Positions 13,112-29,897 of a DNA stretch of 64,000 nucleotides are shown in pieces. Source of the DNA: Eledone cirrhosa (lineage: Eukaryota). The stretch lies in assembly GCA_964016885.1 (NCBI GenBank), contig OZ024743.1, positions 169,322,001-169,386,000 of the forward strand. Direction: 5' to 3'. The notes below the pieces were generated by a model. The model made no database searches. It had not been told where the DNA came from and saw only the letters and a program-made list of their open reading frames with translations. The translations under genes and the position numbers were made by a program. The first letter of the stretch is position 1. Each line of letters opens with the position of its first letter.

Positions 13112-13142
<31 letters not shown>

Positions 13143-13162
13143 TTACTATATATATATATGTA

Positions 13163-13267
<105 letters not shown>

Positions 13268-13284
13268 GTATGTATATGTATATG

Positions 13285-13336
<52 letters not shown>

Positions 13337-13338
<2 letters not shown>

Positions 13339-13516
13339 CGATCGACTTTCGTCAAATCGGACCGAGGGAACAATGTTTCCGTTGGTCTTTCCAATTGCTA
13401 ATACTATCTATCGGTCGCAACTCCAGGTAGAAGGAGCAACGTGAAATAAAGTGTCTTGCTCAAGGACATAACGCATCACCTGGTCCAGTAATCGAACTCA
13501 CAACCTTACGATTGCG

Positions 13517-13522
<6 letters not shown>
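13337..13522 (-). mobile_element. SINE, same family as 12366, 5'-truncated
   Basis: Reverse-complement similarity to 12400-12580. Confidence 0.85.
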
Positions 13523-13547
<25 letters not shown>

Positions 13548-13573
13548 CATAGATGTATATATATATATGTTTG

Positions 13574-13605
<32 letters not shown>

Positions 13606-13607
13606 TG

Positions 13608-13702
<95 letters not shown>

Positions 13703-13769
13703 GTATGTATACATATATGTATATATATATATGTATGTATATATATATATACATATAAGTATATATATG

Positions 13770-13873
<104 letters not shown>

Positions 13874-14189
13874 ATATTTGGGGAGGGTCATATTTGCGTA
13901 ATATTGCCAGAATTAATAACAGAACACACTCACTGTTTGGTTGGTTTTCGCTTCTCGCTGTCTTTTTTTTTTTGTCTTTTATATATATATATCTGCGATC
14001 TAACTTACTCGGTCCTCAATGTTGCCATTGACTGACCGGCGGTCAAAAATAATACAGATACAATATAGACAAACACATATATATATAGTTTACATAAATC
14101 TTTCATAAATATCTGTTTCGACACACGATTTCATATAAAAAACCTCGCAAAACTATATATATATATATATATATATATATCATATACAT

Positions 14190-14348
<159 letters not shown>

Positions 14349-14823
14349 TATATATATATATATATGTATATGTGTATGTATGTATGTATGTATACATACC
14401 CCTTAGCCTTTGTGAAGGAAGTATTCTAGGAGAAGGAAAACTCTGATATAACACCTGCAACCCTGATGGTATCCAATGATGTTGACTTGTTCTTCTTTTT
14501 GGTAAATATCATCTTGGTTAAGAGAGTGGGACTGGCTTTGTGCAGTGCCTTTTCTCACTGTAAGGGCTTCACGGCACAGGCATTGCTTTGTATCTGGAGA
14601 TCTCTCTGCACTTGTCGTCACATGGTGCCATGGGTCCGGCACTCTGTGTCTTTAATTGTCACAAGTGTGGTGTTTGTGCCAGAGTTTTCGGGACACTGGC
14701 TGGACTAAGAGGTCACACTCGATCAGCGCATCGGTAGGGATTCTCCTACATGGATATGAAGTAGTGGCCGAACTCGAAAACGAGATGGCAGCCACCATAT
14801 ACATATATATATATATATATATA

Positions 14824-15189
14824 TAATGTAGGAGGTGAGTTTTATTGTAGTACAATAAAGCAATGCAGATATCGGATAAGAAGCACTCTACAGTTTGTCG
14901 GGCTGGAGTATGCATAATATAAGATCAAAAGATGGTTAAAGGAGTTCCATATATTTTATTATGCGCATTTCAAAAACAAACATCATCATGCAATAACATC
15001 TGTGCAGTTTTAAATCAACATATCATGATATGTTGATTTAAAACTGCACTATCCGCAGGTGTTTTTTGGCCTTCATATCAAGTTCTCCTGTTTTATCTGA
15101 TGAAAACACAGATGTTATTGCATGATGATGTTTGTTTTTGAAATGCGCATAATAAAATATATGGAACTCCTTTAACCATCTTTTGATCT

Positions 15190-15197
<8 letters not shown>
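14824..15197. mobile_element. Small PLE fold-back in (TA)n
   Basis: 14914-15004 mirrors 15106-15197. A 48-bp perfect palindrome (15002-15049) sits at the junction. Confidence 0.8.
15091..15157 (+). ncRNA. Type I hammerhead ribozyme
   Basis: TTTTAT-CTGATGA-stem II-GAAA-TGCGCA-TA-ATAAAA; palindromic stem III. Confidence 0.82.
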
Positions 15198-15243
<46 letters not shown>

Positions 15244-15254
15244 ATAATTATGAA

Positions 15255-15321
<67 letters not shown>

Positions 15322-15405
15322 ATATATATGTATATATATGTATGTATATATATGTATATATATGTATATATGTATATATATATATATGAATATATATGTA
15401 TATAT

Positions 15406-15464
<59 letters not shown>

Positions 15465-15510
15465 TATATATATATATATATGTATATGTATATATATATA
15501 TGTATATATG

Positions 15511-15542
<32 letters not shown>

Positions 15543-15621
15543 CGTATATATGTATATATATATATGTATATATACATATATATATATATGTATATATATA
15601 TACGTATATATGTATATATAT

Positions 15622-15691
<70 letters not shown>

Positions 15692-15826
15692 CTATGTATA
15701 TATATATATATATGTATGTATATATATATATATATATGTATGTATATATATATATATATATATATGTGTATGTATATATATATATGTATTTATATATATA
15801 TATGTATGTATATATATATATATATG

Positions 15827-15881
<55 letters not shown>

Positions 15882-15893
15882 ATATATATATGT

Positions 15894-15934
<41 letters not shown>

Positions 15935-16036
15935 TGTATATATATATATATGTACGTATATATATATGTATATATAGATATATATATGTATGTATATATA
16001 TATATATGTATGTGTATATATATATATATGTATATT

Positions 16037-16075
<39 letters not shown>

Positions 16076-16082
16076 GTATATC

Positions 16083-16120
<38 letters not shown>

Positions 16121-16244
16121 TGTATATGTATATGTATATGTATATATATATATATGTATATGTATATATGTATATATATATGTATATATATATATGTGTA
16201 TATGTATATATATTTATGTATATGTATATATATATATGTATAGG

Positions 16245-16275
<31 letters not shown>

Positions 16276-16320
16276 GTATATGTATATATATATATGTATA
16301 TGTATATGTATATGTATATA
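15198..16320. repeat. About 1.1-kb (TA)/(TATG) microsatellite
   Basis: Direct reading. Confidence 0.98.
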
Positions 16321-16825
16321 TTAAAGTGTTAAACAATATTCAATAACCAATCGATAGACATAATAACCAATCGATAGACATAATCCAAAAACCGGCCCGC
16401 GCCGGTCATGACTGTTTGTGAAAACCGACACGGTAAAGCGATTAACTGGCAACCGATAGGACTCTATCTCTTAACTAGCCACTGATTTATAGATTTTACG
16501 TGGGGACTGGAAGCTAAAAAGAATCAGTCTATTAGTTCCTGTCAGAAGCCCTCAGCCAACGTGTCTCACACACAAATTATCAAGGGGTGAAAAGATGGCT
16601 ATTAGAAATAGCAGTTCACATTGATATAAAATAGAATGGTAGCATTCGGTTCATGTCTCTAAGCCCCATGGCTAGAGGAAAGCGATGGTAACAATGGTAG
16701 TGCCAAGAACCTTTAACGGACATTAAATCGATCATCCATTATCTACCAAATATCGTAGCGAGCTGGAATGTGTCAGCCACGTGCGTAGATAACCAGTCTA
16801 ATTCACAACCTAAAAGAGTGAGAAT

Positions 16826-16865
<40 letters not shown>

Positions 16866-16870
16866 TAATG

Positions 16871-16919
<49 letters not shown>

Positions 16920-16948
16920 ATATATGTATATATGTATATATGTATATA

Positions 16949-17885
<937 letters not shown>

Positions 17886-18143
17886 ATGTATATATATATA
17901 TGTATATATATGTATATATATATGTATATATATGTATATATATATATGTATGTATGTGTATATATGTATGTATATATATGTATATATATATATATGTATA
18001 TATATATATGTATATATGTATATATATATGTATATGTATATATATGTATATGTATATATGTATATTTTATGTATATATATGTATATGTATATGTATATAT
18101 GTATATGTATATATATATGTATATATATATGTATATGTATATA

Positions 18144-19305
18144 TTAAAGTGTTAAACAATATTCAATGAGTATGTCAAAGAATGAGTTTTACAGTAGATT
18201 GGAAGCACTCTACGCGAAAATAATTTTCCGGAGTTATTAATATCAAAATACAAATATTAATAAAATAGATGTTCTTTTGATCAATTACATTTTATTATAC
18301 ATATTTCGGATGTACAACAGTACGTCCTCATCAGACAAAATATAATGATACATGACATACCCTGAGATGTTAAATGGTTAAGATTTATTCAAGGTAGTGA
18401 TTAACCTAAGAGAACATTTAACATTTATACCCTAATTGTGAGAAAATGCGAAAACGTAATAAATTCAATGGAGAATGTGTGAGTACGAAAAACGTTGCTT
18501 AATGTAACAGTTATAGAGATTTTAAAATGTATGATAGTACAATTTATCTAGGAAAACATCTCATGAATTATAACAGCCAGTGATAGCCCCTGGAAAAGGA
18601 TTTATAGAGAGAGAAAGATAAGGGGGCTGATATATCCAGAAAGAGATTTTTCCCGAAAGTTAAACGGTTAATTTTGAAAATATTTAATTTATAATTTTAG
18701 GGTGAAGAATCAAGATTTCGGGATTTTTTTGCTGGTTATTTATATATTAGTTTTATAAATTCTATAAGTGTGTTAACATTTCCAAGCTTCTGAGTTTTAT
18801 GAGGGTAACATTTAAAGGATTTAGCTGGCACATCAAGAATGAAATTTTATACTGTTGATTATTTTCCTAAATTTAAACTTTAACAAAGATACCAACATAT
18901 TAGGTATGTAAAGCTTTTGAAGTACTTATTGTTAGAAATATTTAAATAACGATTATGTATATAGATATATATTAATGAGCCAGTATATTTTAGGTAAATA
19001 ATAACGAAAATAAAAATAAAGTAATAGATTGAGGCATGTTAAGGTTAAATATACACCTATATATAACTAGATGTATGTGCATTAATTATTCTTTAACGAA
19101 GATACCAACATATTAGGTATGTAAAGCTTGTGAAGTATTTATTGTTAGAAATATTTAAATAACGATAATGTATAGAGATATATATTAATGAGCCAGTATA
19201 TTTTAGGTAAATAATAACGAAAATAAAAATAAAATAATAGATTGAGGCATGTTAAGGTTAAATATACACCTATATATAACATGGTGTAAATGCATTAATT
19301 ATTCT
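18144..19305 (-). mobile_element. PLE 3' region with internal about 214-bp tandem duplication
   Basis: HHR 18290-18340, motif 18203-18234, same family as 63143-63569. 18878-19091 is repeated at 19092-19305. Confidence 0.75.
18290..18340 (-). ncRNA. Type I hammerhead ribozyme
   Basis: TTTTGT-CTGATGA-GGACGTACTGTTGTACATCC-GAAA-TATGTA-TA-ATAAAA. Confidence 0.85.
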
Positions 19306-19332
19306 TAGTTCAGAGTATACATAATCAAAAAA

Positions 19333-19555
19333 TTGGGTCTCCCCACTCCGCGGTTTCCAGTGACTTCTAGTGCTCTGCACCTTTTTATGCAGCTGTCATC
19401 CTTCATACGCATCACATGTCCATACCAGCGCAACCGCCTCTCCTGCACACAGCATTTGATTCCTCTTATGCTCAGTCTCTCTCTCAATTCATTTATGCGT
19501 ATATTACTGTTACACATCCATCGGAGCATGCAGGCTTCGTTTCTCTCTAATCTAC
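19333..19555 (-). mobile_element. RTE LINE C-terminal fragment
   Basis: MLRWMC..ELRERL..RRLRWYGHVMRM..RGVGRP. Confidence 0.85.
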
Positions 19556-19809
19556 GTATATATATACATATATATATGTGTGTGTAAATCCTCAAACACT
19601 CCTTCCAGCGAGTACTGTCAGCAGCATCAGGGCCTGTGTTCTTGCTAGATAAAGTGTATATATAAATAAGAGGAAAACACGAGCGGGGGGATAATTTCCC
19701 TTTCATCAGCTGTCTGCTGGAGATCATAGACATTTCTATGCCTTAAAGACAATATGTCTAGCTCCAGTGCGTCAATAACTAAAGGAAGTTATTGGGGGAA
19801 AAATTATAT

Positions 19810-20110
19810 AAGGTAAAGACCCCCTTCGGTCACGAATGACCATTGGATTTTCACTTAGAAAGTTTCCTTCCGAGACACAAGTTCAGGAAAAGTTGTTTGT
19901 GGAAGGCCAGCAGTCGCTCATGCATATCAGCCTCCCCTCTCCATGACACCGATGATGTCCAAGGGAAAGGCAATGGCCGATTCATCTTGACACCAGTAAC
20001 GTCACAACTCATTTCTACAGCTCAGTAAACTGGATTAACGTGAAATAAAGTGTCTTGCTCAAGGACCAAGGACACAATGCACCACCCAGTTCAATAATCG
20101 AACTCACAGC
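19810..20110 (-). mobile_element. Octopus-type SINE
   Basis: CCCCTTCGGTCACGAATGACC..CAGCAGTCGC..GTGAAATAAAGTGTCTTGCTCAAG pattern. Confidence 0.85.
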
Positions 20111-20254
20111 CTATATTGTTTGAGGCAGTCACAAATAAATATCGCGCCCAGAGTTAACACATAAAGTTATACAAGTGTGACACCATGAATAAATCGACTA
20201 AGTGTACGTGGCCATAGTTTATAGCCACAACAAATACGAACATGTAGAAGATTA

Positions 20255-20295
<41 letters not shown>

Positions 20296-20303
20296 CGCGT
20301 GTG

Positions 20304-20373
<70 letters not shown>

Positions 20374-20389
20374 TGTGTGTGTGTCTGTG

Positions 20390-21965
20390 TGTGTGTGTGC
20401 GTGTGTGTTGTCTCTGTTTGCGCGTGTGTGTGTTCGTGTTTGAGTGCATGTGTTCTTATTTTTGCATTCTATCTTTGTTCACTAGTGTGTGTTTATATGT
20501 GTTTGTTGTTATTGTACCTGTGTATATATTTATTTATTTATTTATTAATATTTCCCTTAGGTCAGTATTGTTTGATTGGGTATGATTGTTGTTGTTATTC
20601 CATTCATTCTTTCTGTTTAACTTCGGTTTTCTTAGTTCTATCTCAGTTGCTTTTCTGATTTGCCTACCTGTTGAGTCATTTCTATGCTTAGATATTATTT
20701 TAATTTCTATGTTGTCTATATTACTCTCATGCCTTTGCCTGGCGTGTTCATATAGTACTGAACCGTTTTATGCGTCCTTTTAGTTTCACCCAATGTTGGA
20801 TTATTCTTTCTCCTATGCTTTGAGCTGTCTCACCTATGTATGTCTTTGTCATGTTTCTGCAAGTACCCTCTGTACATCTTATTCGCACAGTGGGTTTTCT
20901 TAAAGGGGTACGTCTTGCTGATCAGGGATTTTATGGTAGTTCCTGGCTTTTCTACCACTTTAATCTTTAGATGGGTCTTTCTTAGGGCCTTTCTACTTTG
21001 CTTACCTAATTTCCTTCCAGGGGTAGCATCCACGAACATGATACTCTGGTATCTCTGGTTGTCGTACCATGAAGTGGCTTTCGCTATCTTATGTTTAGTC
21101 CTTTCTAAGCTATTCCATGATTTGCTCCTGTATAATGGGCAAATTTCTTTCATGTCCATTTGTATGAGGGTCTTATATTTCTCCGTGGCTCCTTTGTATA
21201 CTCTGATTCTGTCTTTTTTGTTGTAGCCAGAGAACTGCATGCGATTGATGAAGTGTTGGATATGTCTTTCCATTTCAGTTGGGTCGCATATGCGGGACAC
21301 ATTCTTCATCACTCTTACCAAGTCTGCGATCAGAATATTAAACTTAGCCCTATTGGACATTGCTGAGTTTTTGAGTATCAGGTATTTGGAGGCCATGTGT
21401 TTAGCATAGTCTGAGTGGACAATTTGGGCCCTCTCATCTATAGTGTTTAACCAGAGTTCTGTGTCTAATGTTAGAGTGTTTGGAAGGATAGTCAACGGTT
21501 ACAGTTATACTCTGGTGTATGGAGTTAGCTATCTGCTGGATGCTCTCCATTGTGCTATTTTCTAATTCATGTTTATTAGTACTTTCTTGTGTGGGTGTTT
21601 TTATTACTATATTAATGTCGTCTACTTAACGAGAGTACATGACGAGGGCTATGAAGTTTTCTTCTAGGAGTTCTCTGAGTCTCCTCTCCCGCCATACCAT
21701 AAATAGATTGGCAACATCTCCAGGTATGCTGACGCCAATGACTGCTCCCTCATTCTGAGTGTAGATTTTTTCCTTAAATTTAAACATATGACCCTTTATG
21801 GCAGTTTTAATACTAGCCCCTGTTGCATGTGCGACCATTTTTCTCACCTGAACGTTGTTTTGGGGTGTCCGTATGGCTTTGCTCCATCCATTCCATCTTC
21901 CTATGGGAGTCTATTTAGCCATTGAGGTTATAGTGAGGGGTCTACCTTTTATAAGTCTACTGGGG
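20390..21965 (-). mobile_element. Degraded PLE of a non-Naiad clade: RT, thumb and GIY-YIG
   Basis: GAVIGVSIPGDVANLFM, YSR*VDD, NSAMSNRAK, MQFSGY, MFVDATPG, IKVVEKPG, IGETA.SIGER..QH. Confidence 0.85.
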
Positions 21966-22209
21966 CTATAATAATAATAGTCATAATAATAACAATAGCA
22001 GGAGAGATGGAAATAATGATAATAATAATGGAAATAGCAGGAGCAGCAACGATAACGATAAGCAACACAACAAAAACAAAACAAGAAACGTAACAATACA
22101 TGTAACAACCATAATGGTAGAAATAACAGTAACAACAACGATAAGAATGGAGAGAACAACAACAGCCATAATGGCAATAATAGTAGTACACACTATAACA
22201 GTTATAATT

Positions 22210-22803
22210 TAATGACAACCCCTTAGAGAATCTGTTCTTCAACCCAGCTGACAAAACATACAAGATGAACAAAATTTATCCCACTAAATCACCTTTTAAT
22301 AAAAGAGTTTGTATACCACAACAAATAGATGACGAAACAGAGGCACAGTTTACCATAGCTAGAAATAAACTTAGACAGGTAGTAGAACAATATACTAGGA
22401 GACAAAACAGACCAGAAATTCAGCAACTTGGAGGAGAACCTGTAGAAGGCCTACTTAGCCTCAACCAGAACGAATGGAATAACAACAACAATCATACCCA
22501 AACAAACAATACTGACTTAAGGGAAATATAAATAAATATATAAATATGTACACAAGTACAATAACAACAAACTCATATAAACCCACACTACAGAACAAAG
22601 ATAAAATACAAAAACAAAAACACATACACTCAAACACGAACACACACACCAAACATTAAACACACGCAAACGCATGCGCAAACAGAGATAGACAAGAAGA
22701 AATATATTAATTAATTAAATAAAATGGCGTAGGCATACAATACAACGGGAGGAAACATAATGGTTCCACTGATGATGTCGCAGATGTGTGACGAAAGAAC
22801 TTT
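22210..22803 (+). mobile_element. Opposite-strand fragments of the same PLE family, with degenerate HHR
   Basis: 22465-22690 is a diverged reverse complement of 20400-20610. CTGATGA-TGTCGCA..TGTGAC-GAAA at about 22769-22796. Confidence 0.6.
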
Positions 22804-23045
22804 GATAGACTATATATATATAGATTTATATCTGTATTTTTAATCCTTGGTCAATCAATGGTAAACATTGACTGCCATATGAATTAACTGTGGAGATATA
22901 AAAGATAAAGAAGCGAAAACCAACCCCAACCAAACAGTGAGTGTGTTCTGATATTATTTCTGGCAACAATATTATAACAATATGATCCTCCCCAAGTATA
23001 ACAATATTTGTTTCGACACACGATTTCATATAAAAAACCTTGCAA

Positions 23046-23080
<35 letters not shown>

Positions 23081-23273
23081 ATAAATCTACCAAGAGTTTA
23101 CGGTAGTGTCCAATCCGTATGAAGAACTCAATGTATTCCGGATATCATGGAAAGAAGAGATGTAATGAAAAATCACTTTCGGTGAAAGATAAACGGTATA
23201 CAGAGTCAAGATAAAATATTAAACAAATAATGAATAAAACAATGAAACAGTTCCTTATATTAAACAAAAAAAG

Positions 23274-23424
23274 TTCATTATTTAACGATCGTTTCTAGGA
23301 TATATATGTGTTAGAATTGGCATGCATATTCAACAGATCTATGTACAAAATTATACAAAATTATATAAACTATCAAGATTAAATATACATACCAACACAT
23401 ATATACGCCGTCTTCAGAAATAAT
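23274..23424 (-). ncRNA. Hammerhead ribozyme (mirror of 32097-32250)
   Basis: CTGAAGA..long stem II..GAAACGATCGTT on the minus strand. Confidence 0.7.
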
Positions 23425-23521
23425 TGTTTCTACTATTGGCACAAGGCCAGAAAATTACCCAGTACATTACTGGTACTTTATTTTATCGACCCCGTAAGGA
23501 TGAAAGGCAAAGTTAACCTCG
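23425..23521 (-). mobile_element. 5'-truncated SINE with 18-bp TSD
   Basis: TSD GCCGTCTTCAGAAATAAT at 23407-23424 and 23522-23539; empty site in the mirror arm. Confidence 0.92.
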
Positions 23522-24154
23522 GCCGTCTTCAGAAATAATGAAATATATTTATTGATAATAACAACAATTCAAAATTTCAGGTCCGTTTGGGAACAAAATT
23601 GACCAATGAAAATACAAAAGGTTTTATGCAGTTCGGTGTGTGTATATACATGTAACTACCCTTACACATATTTTACAAAATGTATGCTCAACATGTATAC
23701 GCATACCAAAAGGATGGATGCAAATACAAAATTTCAAGGTTAATGTCTCTGTAAGTTTATAATGCACAGATAAGATGCGTATAGACACATAAATATGAAA
23801 TAAGTGTATACACATATTCTCATACTCACACATATCCGTACAATCACACACACGCGCGCGTATATGCATAAACATACACATAATTACGAACATACAAACA
23901 CACACACACCCCCTACTCACATATATATATGTGGATATAATATCATAAGCACATGAATATTAATTCACTCACATAAACACTGTCACACACGTTTAGATCA
24001 AGATACAGAAATTAGGTGGGAGGGGGGTAGAGGTCAGAATTCAACGGTTTGGGCAGACTGCTTATTATAGATGTATCTATAAACTAAGAAAATAAAAAAT
24101 AAAATTAAAAAGGAAAGAAAAGAAAAAGAAAAAAGAAAAAAGAAATATATCAAG

Positions 24155-24196
<42 letters not shown>

Positions 24197-24328
24197 CATA
24201 TATATATATATATTTATATATATATATAAACACATACATACATATACACACATCCACACTTAGAACATACATACACACACATATATAAACATATACATAT
24301 ACACACATACACACATATACACACATAC

Positions 24329-24389
<61 letters not shown>

Positions 24390-24684
24390 TACACATATAA
24401 TCACACATACTATATAGACACACATATATATACACACATACACGCACATATACATACACATACATACTTATATACATACAGATATACACATACATACCTA
24501 TATATAGACACAAATACATACAGATATACATACATACATACACACAAATACTTACGCATCCATATATCGGTATATACATACAAACACCACTACACTCTCA
24601 CACAACTCAGACATACAAAGAAAAAGGTATATACCTATATACATATACAAATAGAGATACACATACATATATATATATATATAT

Positions 24685-24725
<41 letters not shown>

Positions 24726-24917
24726 CACATATACACACATATACATACATACACATACATACATGTACACACACATACATATACATACATACACACATAC
24801 ATACATACATATATAGTCATACACACACATACACCTACACGAACATACACATACACATATATAAAGATATATATATATACACACACACATACACACACAC
24901 ACACATATATAAAATAA

Positions 24918-24952
<35 letters not shown>

Positions 24953-25814
24953 CATATACATACACACATACATAGACATATATGTACATACATACACATA
25001 CATACATACATACACACACATATATACATATATATACACACATAGACACATACATACATACATACACAACATACATACACACACATATATACTCATACAT
25101 AGAATTAGATATATATTCATACATACATACGCACTTACATATACTCATATATACAAATACATACGCATCCATATATGCGTATATACATACAAACACCACT
25201 ACACCCTCACACAACTCAGACATACAAAGAAAAAGGCATATACATATACATATATACACGCATTAATAGAGATATATATACACACATATATATATATATA
25301 TATATACACATACACTTATATATATACACCCACACACACATACAACCATAAACACACATACAAAACATACAAACACACACATACACATATATATACACAT
25401 ACATATATATACACACACACACAAAAAACAGACATACATATATATATTTTTTTACACATATATATACACATATATATACATATACACACCCTCACATATA
25501 CACACATACACATAAGTTATATTATAATAATAAATAATATATATATATATATATATATACACATACGAATATAGACATATATACACACATAGATATATAT
25601 ATATATATATACATATACACACACACACACACACACTCACATATATATGTGCGCACACGCACATATATACACATACACACATATACACATAAACACATAC
25701 AAGTGCATACATGCACATACACACATATACCCACATAGATACGAAGATAGACATATAAATAGAGAGACATACATATATATACACACACATATATACATAC
25801 ATACATACACACAT

Positions 25815-25861
<47 letters not shown>

Positions 25862-26689
25862 CACACATACACGCCGACACACATATACACATATACACAT
25901 ATATATACATACACACATACACATACACATATATATATAGACATGCATATATACACATATATATATATACATACACACATATATATACACACAATCTTAC
26001 ATTCTTATTTGCATGCGCATATATGTATTTTTATATTCAGATATAAATACCCAAACATATATACACCTACCTACATATATATTCATACATACACGCTTAC
26101 AAACACAGATGATAATAGTATGGGGGAAAGGGGGGGGGTTGGAGAAGGGGATTATAGTAAATATATGTTTCAAGAAACATAGAATATTATCTGTATCTGG
26201 ATCCAATGTATGTTTTTACATAGTTTCAGTGTTAGGAAATACAAGAAATAAGGCAAAATTTATGCATTTCAAAATAAATAAGTATACCATTAATTATATG
26301 TTAACTAAACTAAAGATAGTTAACATATTGATTTCTAAGGTGTAAATTAGTTAGGTTTATAATATTTGAAGCAGAATTTTGAAGTTAAATAGTAGTAGAG
26401 TATTAATTATAGTATAACTAAATTAAAGTTAATAACGTTATGGTATCAATATTAGGAAATGAATTTAGTAATAGGGAAAAAACAAATAAAGTATTACATC
26501 GGTAGTAGAATATAAATTATAGGTTAACTAAATTAAAAATTATATATTAATTTCTATAGTATATGTTAATTAGGTATATAATAAATAAAACAGATATTGT
26601 ATTTTATCAATAGCAGAATATAATTATATGCAAATAGAAATCAAAATTAATACATATACATATACATATACATACACATATACATACAC

Positions 26690-26736
<47 letters not shown>

Positions 26737-27459
26737 TACACATACATATACATACATACATATACATATTTTTTCAAAAATTGCAAAGAATATATTAACT
26801 AGGTATATATCCAAAACACATCCCATTCTATGATTACATGATATTCTGCAATCCGTCTGTATAAGGATACTAATTTTAAGGCAATTAAATTAAATTTTTA
26901 GGTTGACTAAATTTAAAACCAAATTATAAATATATTTCTAAAATGTATATTAATTAGGTCTATAATACTAAAAATTATTTCTCTGTCATTGGATACACGA
27001 TATTTTGTTATATTTTATCTGTAAAGGAATTTTAATAAATTAAAATTAATCTATAAATTAAATTACTAAGTATATATTAGTAATATTTAAAGGTTTTTCA
27101 CAATTTATGATTACACAATATTTTATATTCTCATCTGTAATAGAATTTTAATTAAATTAAATTTATAGGTTAACTAACATTTAAATTAAATTAATTTCTA
27201 AAATAATGTTATTAATTAGGTTTATAATATTTAAATGTTTTTTTTAATTTATGATTACACGATATAATTAATTCCTGTCGTTTATTTAATAGGATATCCT
27301 TAGATTTCATTATTTCAAATAGTTCTTGGGAACATAATCTACATTCATTTCTATTATTTTGATAAGGGGTGGCTCTTTTGAGCACACTCCAGGTCAAATC
27401 ATATTCTATATTCTTATTTTTATAACTATTGATTTTTTCTGCTAGAGATGTTGTATTAG

Positions 27460-28511
27460 GCCACAAAAATAGATTAGAATATATACCTTCTACTAAAAAT
27501 ACTGAAAGCATACAACCTAATATTACCAACAAACACCAAATGAAAAGTACACACCTAAATGCCACCCACACTATACCCCAAAATACCAAATCTTCTAATA
27601 TAAAATATAGTAACTCTCAAAAAACTACTCATCATACAACTCTAATAAATATTAATAATAAAACTCCTAATAAAAAGGATAAAACACCTAAATCTACAAA
27701 TATAACTAAAAATGGTTGTGGTGAAATCATTAACATTAATCCTCCTAGTAAACATCACGATACAACCTATAAAAATAATAAAAATAATAAACAACATAGA
27801 AACCGTAATAGACGGGTTACTTGGTATAATGCTCCATTTAATTTACAAATTAAGGATAATATTGCTAAAAAATTTTTTTATATCCTAGAGAAAAACTTCC
27901 CGCCAAACCACAAATACCATCAAATCTTAAATAGGTCTACAGTTAAATTCTCATACTCTACAACAAATAACATAAAACAAAATATAAGTGCCTATAATGC
28001 ATATAAATGTAAGAAAACCATAAGTATACCACCAGTACATCAAATTAACCATAATATCTCCTCAAATACAGAATTAACGAAAGGTTGTAACTGTAGAAAC
28101 AAAGCAAACTGCCCATTAAAAGGGAATTGTCTTGTTAACAACATAGTCTATAAATGTAATGTTAAAACTAAAGATTCTATTTGCTCATATATAGGAGCTA
28201 CCTCTAACAATTTTAAGACAAGGTTTAATACCCACAAGCATAGTTTTAAAAATGCCGCACTGGCTAATACAACATCTCTAGCAGAAAAAATCAATAGTTA
28301 TAAAAATAAGAATATAGAATATGATTTGACCTGGAGTGTGCTCAAAAGAGCCACCCCTTATCAAAATAATAGAAATGAATGTAGATTATGTTCCCAAGAA
28401 CTATTTGAAATAATGAAATCTAAGGATATCCTATTAAATAAACGACAGGAATTAATTATATCGTGTAATCATAAATTAAAAAAAACATTTAAATATTATA
28501 AACCTAATTAA
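27460..28511 (+). CDS. 5'-truncated Naiad PLE ORF: long linker + Zn-binding/GIY-YIG endonuclease, uninterrupted
   Basis: RRVTWYNAPF, FPPNHKYHQILNR.TVKFSYS, CNCRNKANCPLKGNC, IVYKC..YIGATSNNFKTRFNTH, CRLC..E, LNKRQEL..CNH. Confidence 0.9.
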
Positions 28512-28986
28512 TAACATTATTTTAGAAATTAATTTAATTTAAATGTTAGTTAACCTATAAATTTAATTTAATTAAAATTCTATTACAGATGAGAATATAA
28601 AATATTGTGTAATCATAAATTGTGAAAAACCTTTAAATATTACTAATATATACTTAGTAATTTAATTTATAGATTAATTTTAATTTATTAAAATTCCTTT
28701 ACAGATAAAATATAACAAAATATCGTGTATCCAATGACAGAGAAATAATTTTTAGTATTATAGACCTAATTAATATACATTTTAGAAATATATTTATAAT
28801 TTGGTTTTAAATTTAGTCAACCTAAACATTTAATTTAATTGGCTTAAAATTAGTATCCTTATACAGACGGATTGCAGAATATCATGTAATCATAGAATGG
28901 GATGTGTTTTGGATATATACCTAGTTAATATATTCTTTGCAATTTTTGAAAAAATATGTATATGTATGTATGTATATGTATGTGTA

Positions 28987-29017
<31 letters not shown>

Positions 29018-29858
29018 GTATATATATGTGTATGTATATGTGTATGTATATGTATATGTATATGTATTAATTTTGATTTCTATTTGCATATAATTATATT
29101 CTGCTATTGATAAAATACAATATCTGTTTTATTTATTATATACCTAATTAACATATACTATAGAAATTAATATATAATTTTTAATTTAGTTAACCTATAA
29201 TTTATATTCTACTACCGATGTAATACTTTATTTGTTTTTTCCCTATTACTAAATTCATTTCCTAATATTGATACCATAACGTTATTAACTTTAATTTAGT
29301 TATACTATAATTAATACTCTACTACTATTTAACTTCAAAATTCTGCTTCAAATATTATAAACCTAACTAATTTACACCTTAGAAATCAATATGTTAACTA
29401 TCTTTAGTTTAGTTAACATATAATTAATGGTATACTTATTTATTTTGAAATGCATAAATTTTGCCTTATTTCTTGTATTTCCTAACACTGAAACTATGTA
29501 AAAACATACATTGGATCCAGATACAGATAATATTCTATGTTTCTTGAAACATATATTTACTATAATCCCCTTCTCCAACCCCCCCCCCTTTCCCCCATAC
29601 TATTATCATCTGTGTTTGTAAGCGTGTATGTATGAATATATATGTAGGTAGGTGTATATATGTTTGGGTATTTATATCTGAATATAAAAATACATATATG
29701 CGCATGCAAATAAGAATGTAAGATTGTGTGTATATATATGTGTGTATGTATATATATATATGTGTATATATGCATGTCTATATATATGTGTATGTGTATG
29801 TGTGTATGTATATATATGTGTATATGTGTATATGTGTGTGGGCGTGTATGTGTGTATG

Positions 29859-29897
<39 letters not shown>

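Noticed and set aside
16345-16825. Possible GIY-YIG tail between (TA)n tracts
   Set aside because: Only faint similarity with multiple stops; cannot be supported without a search.
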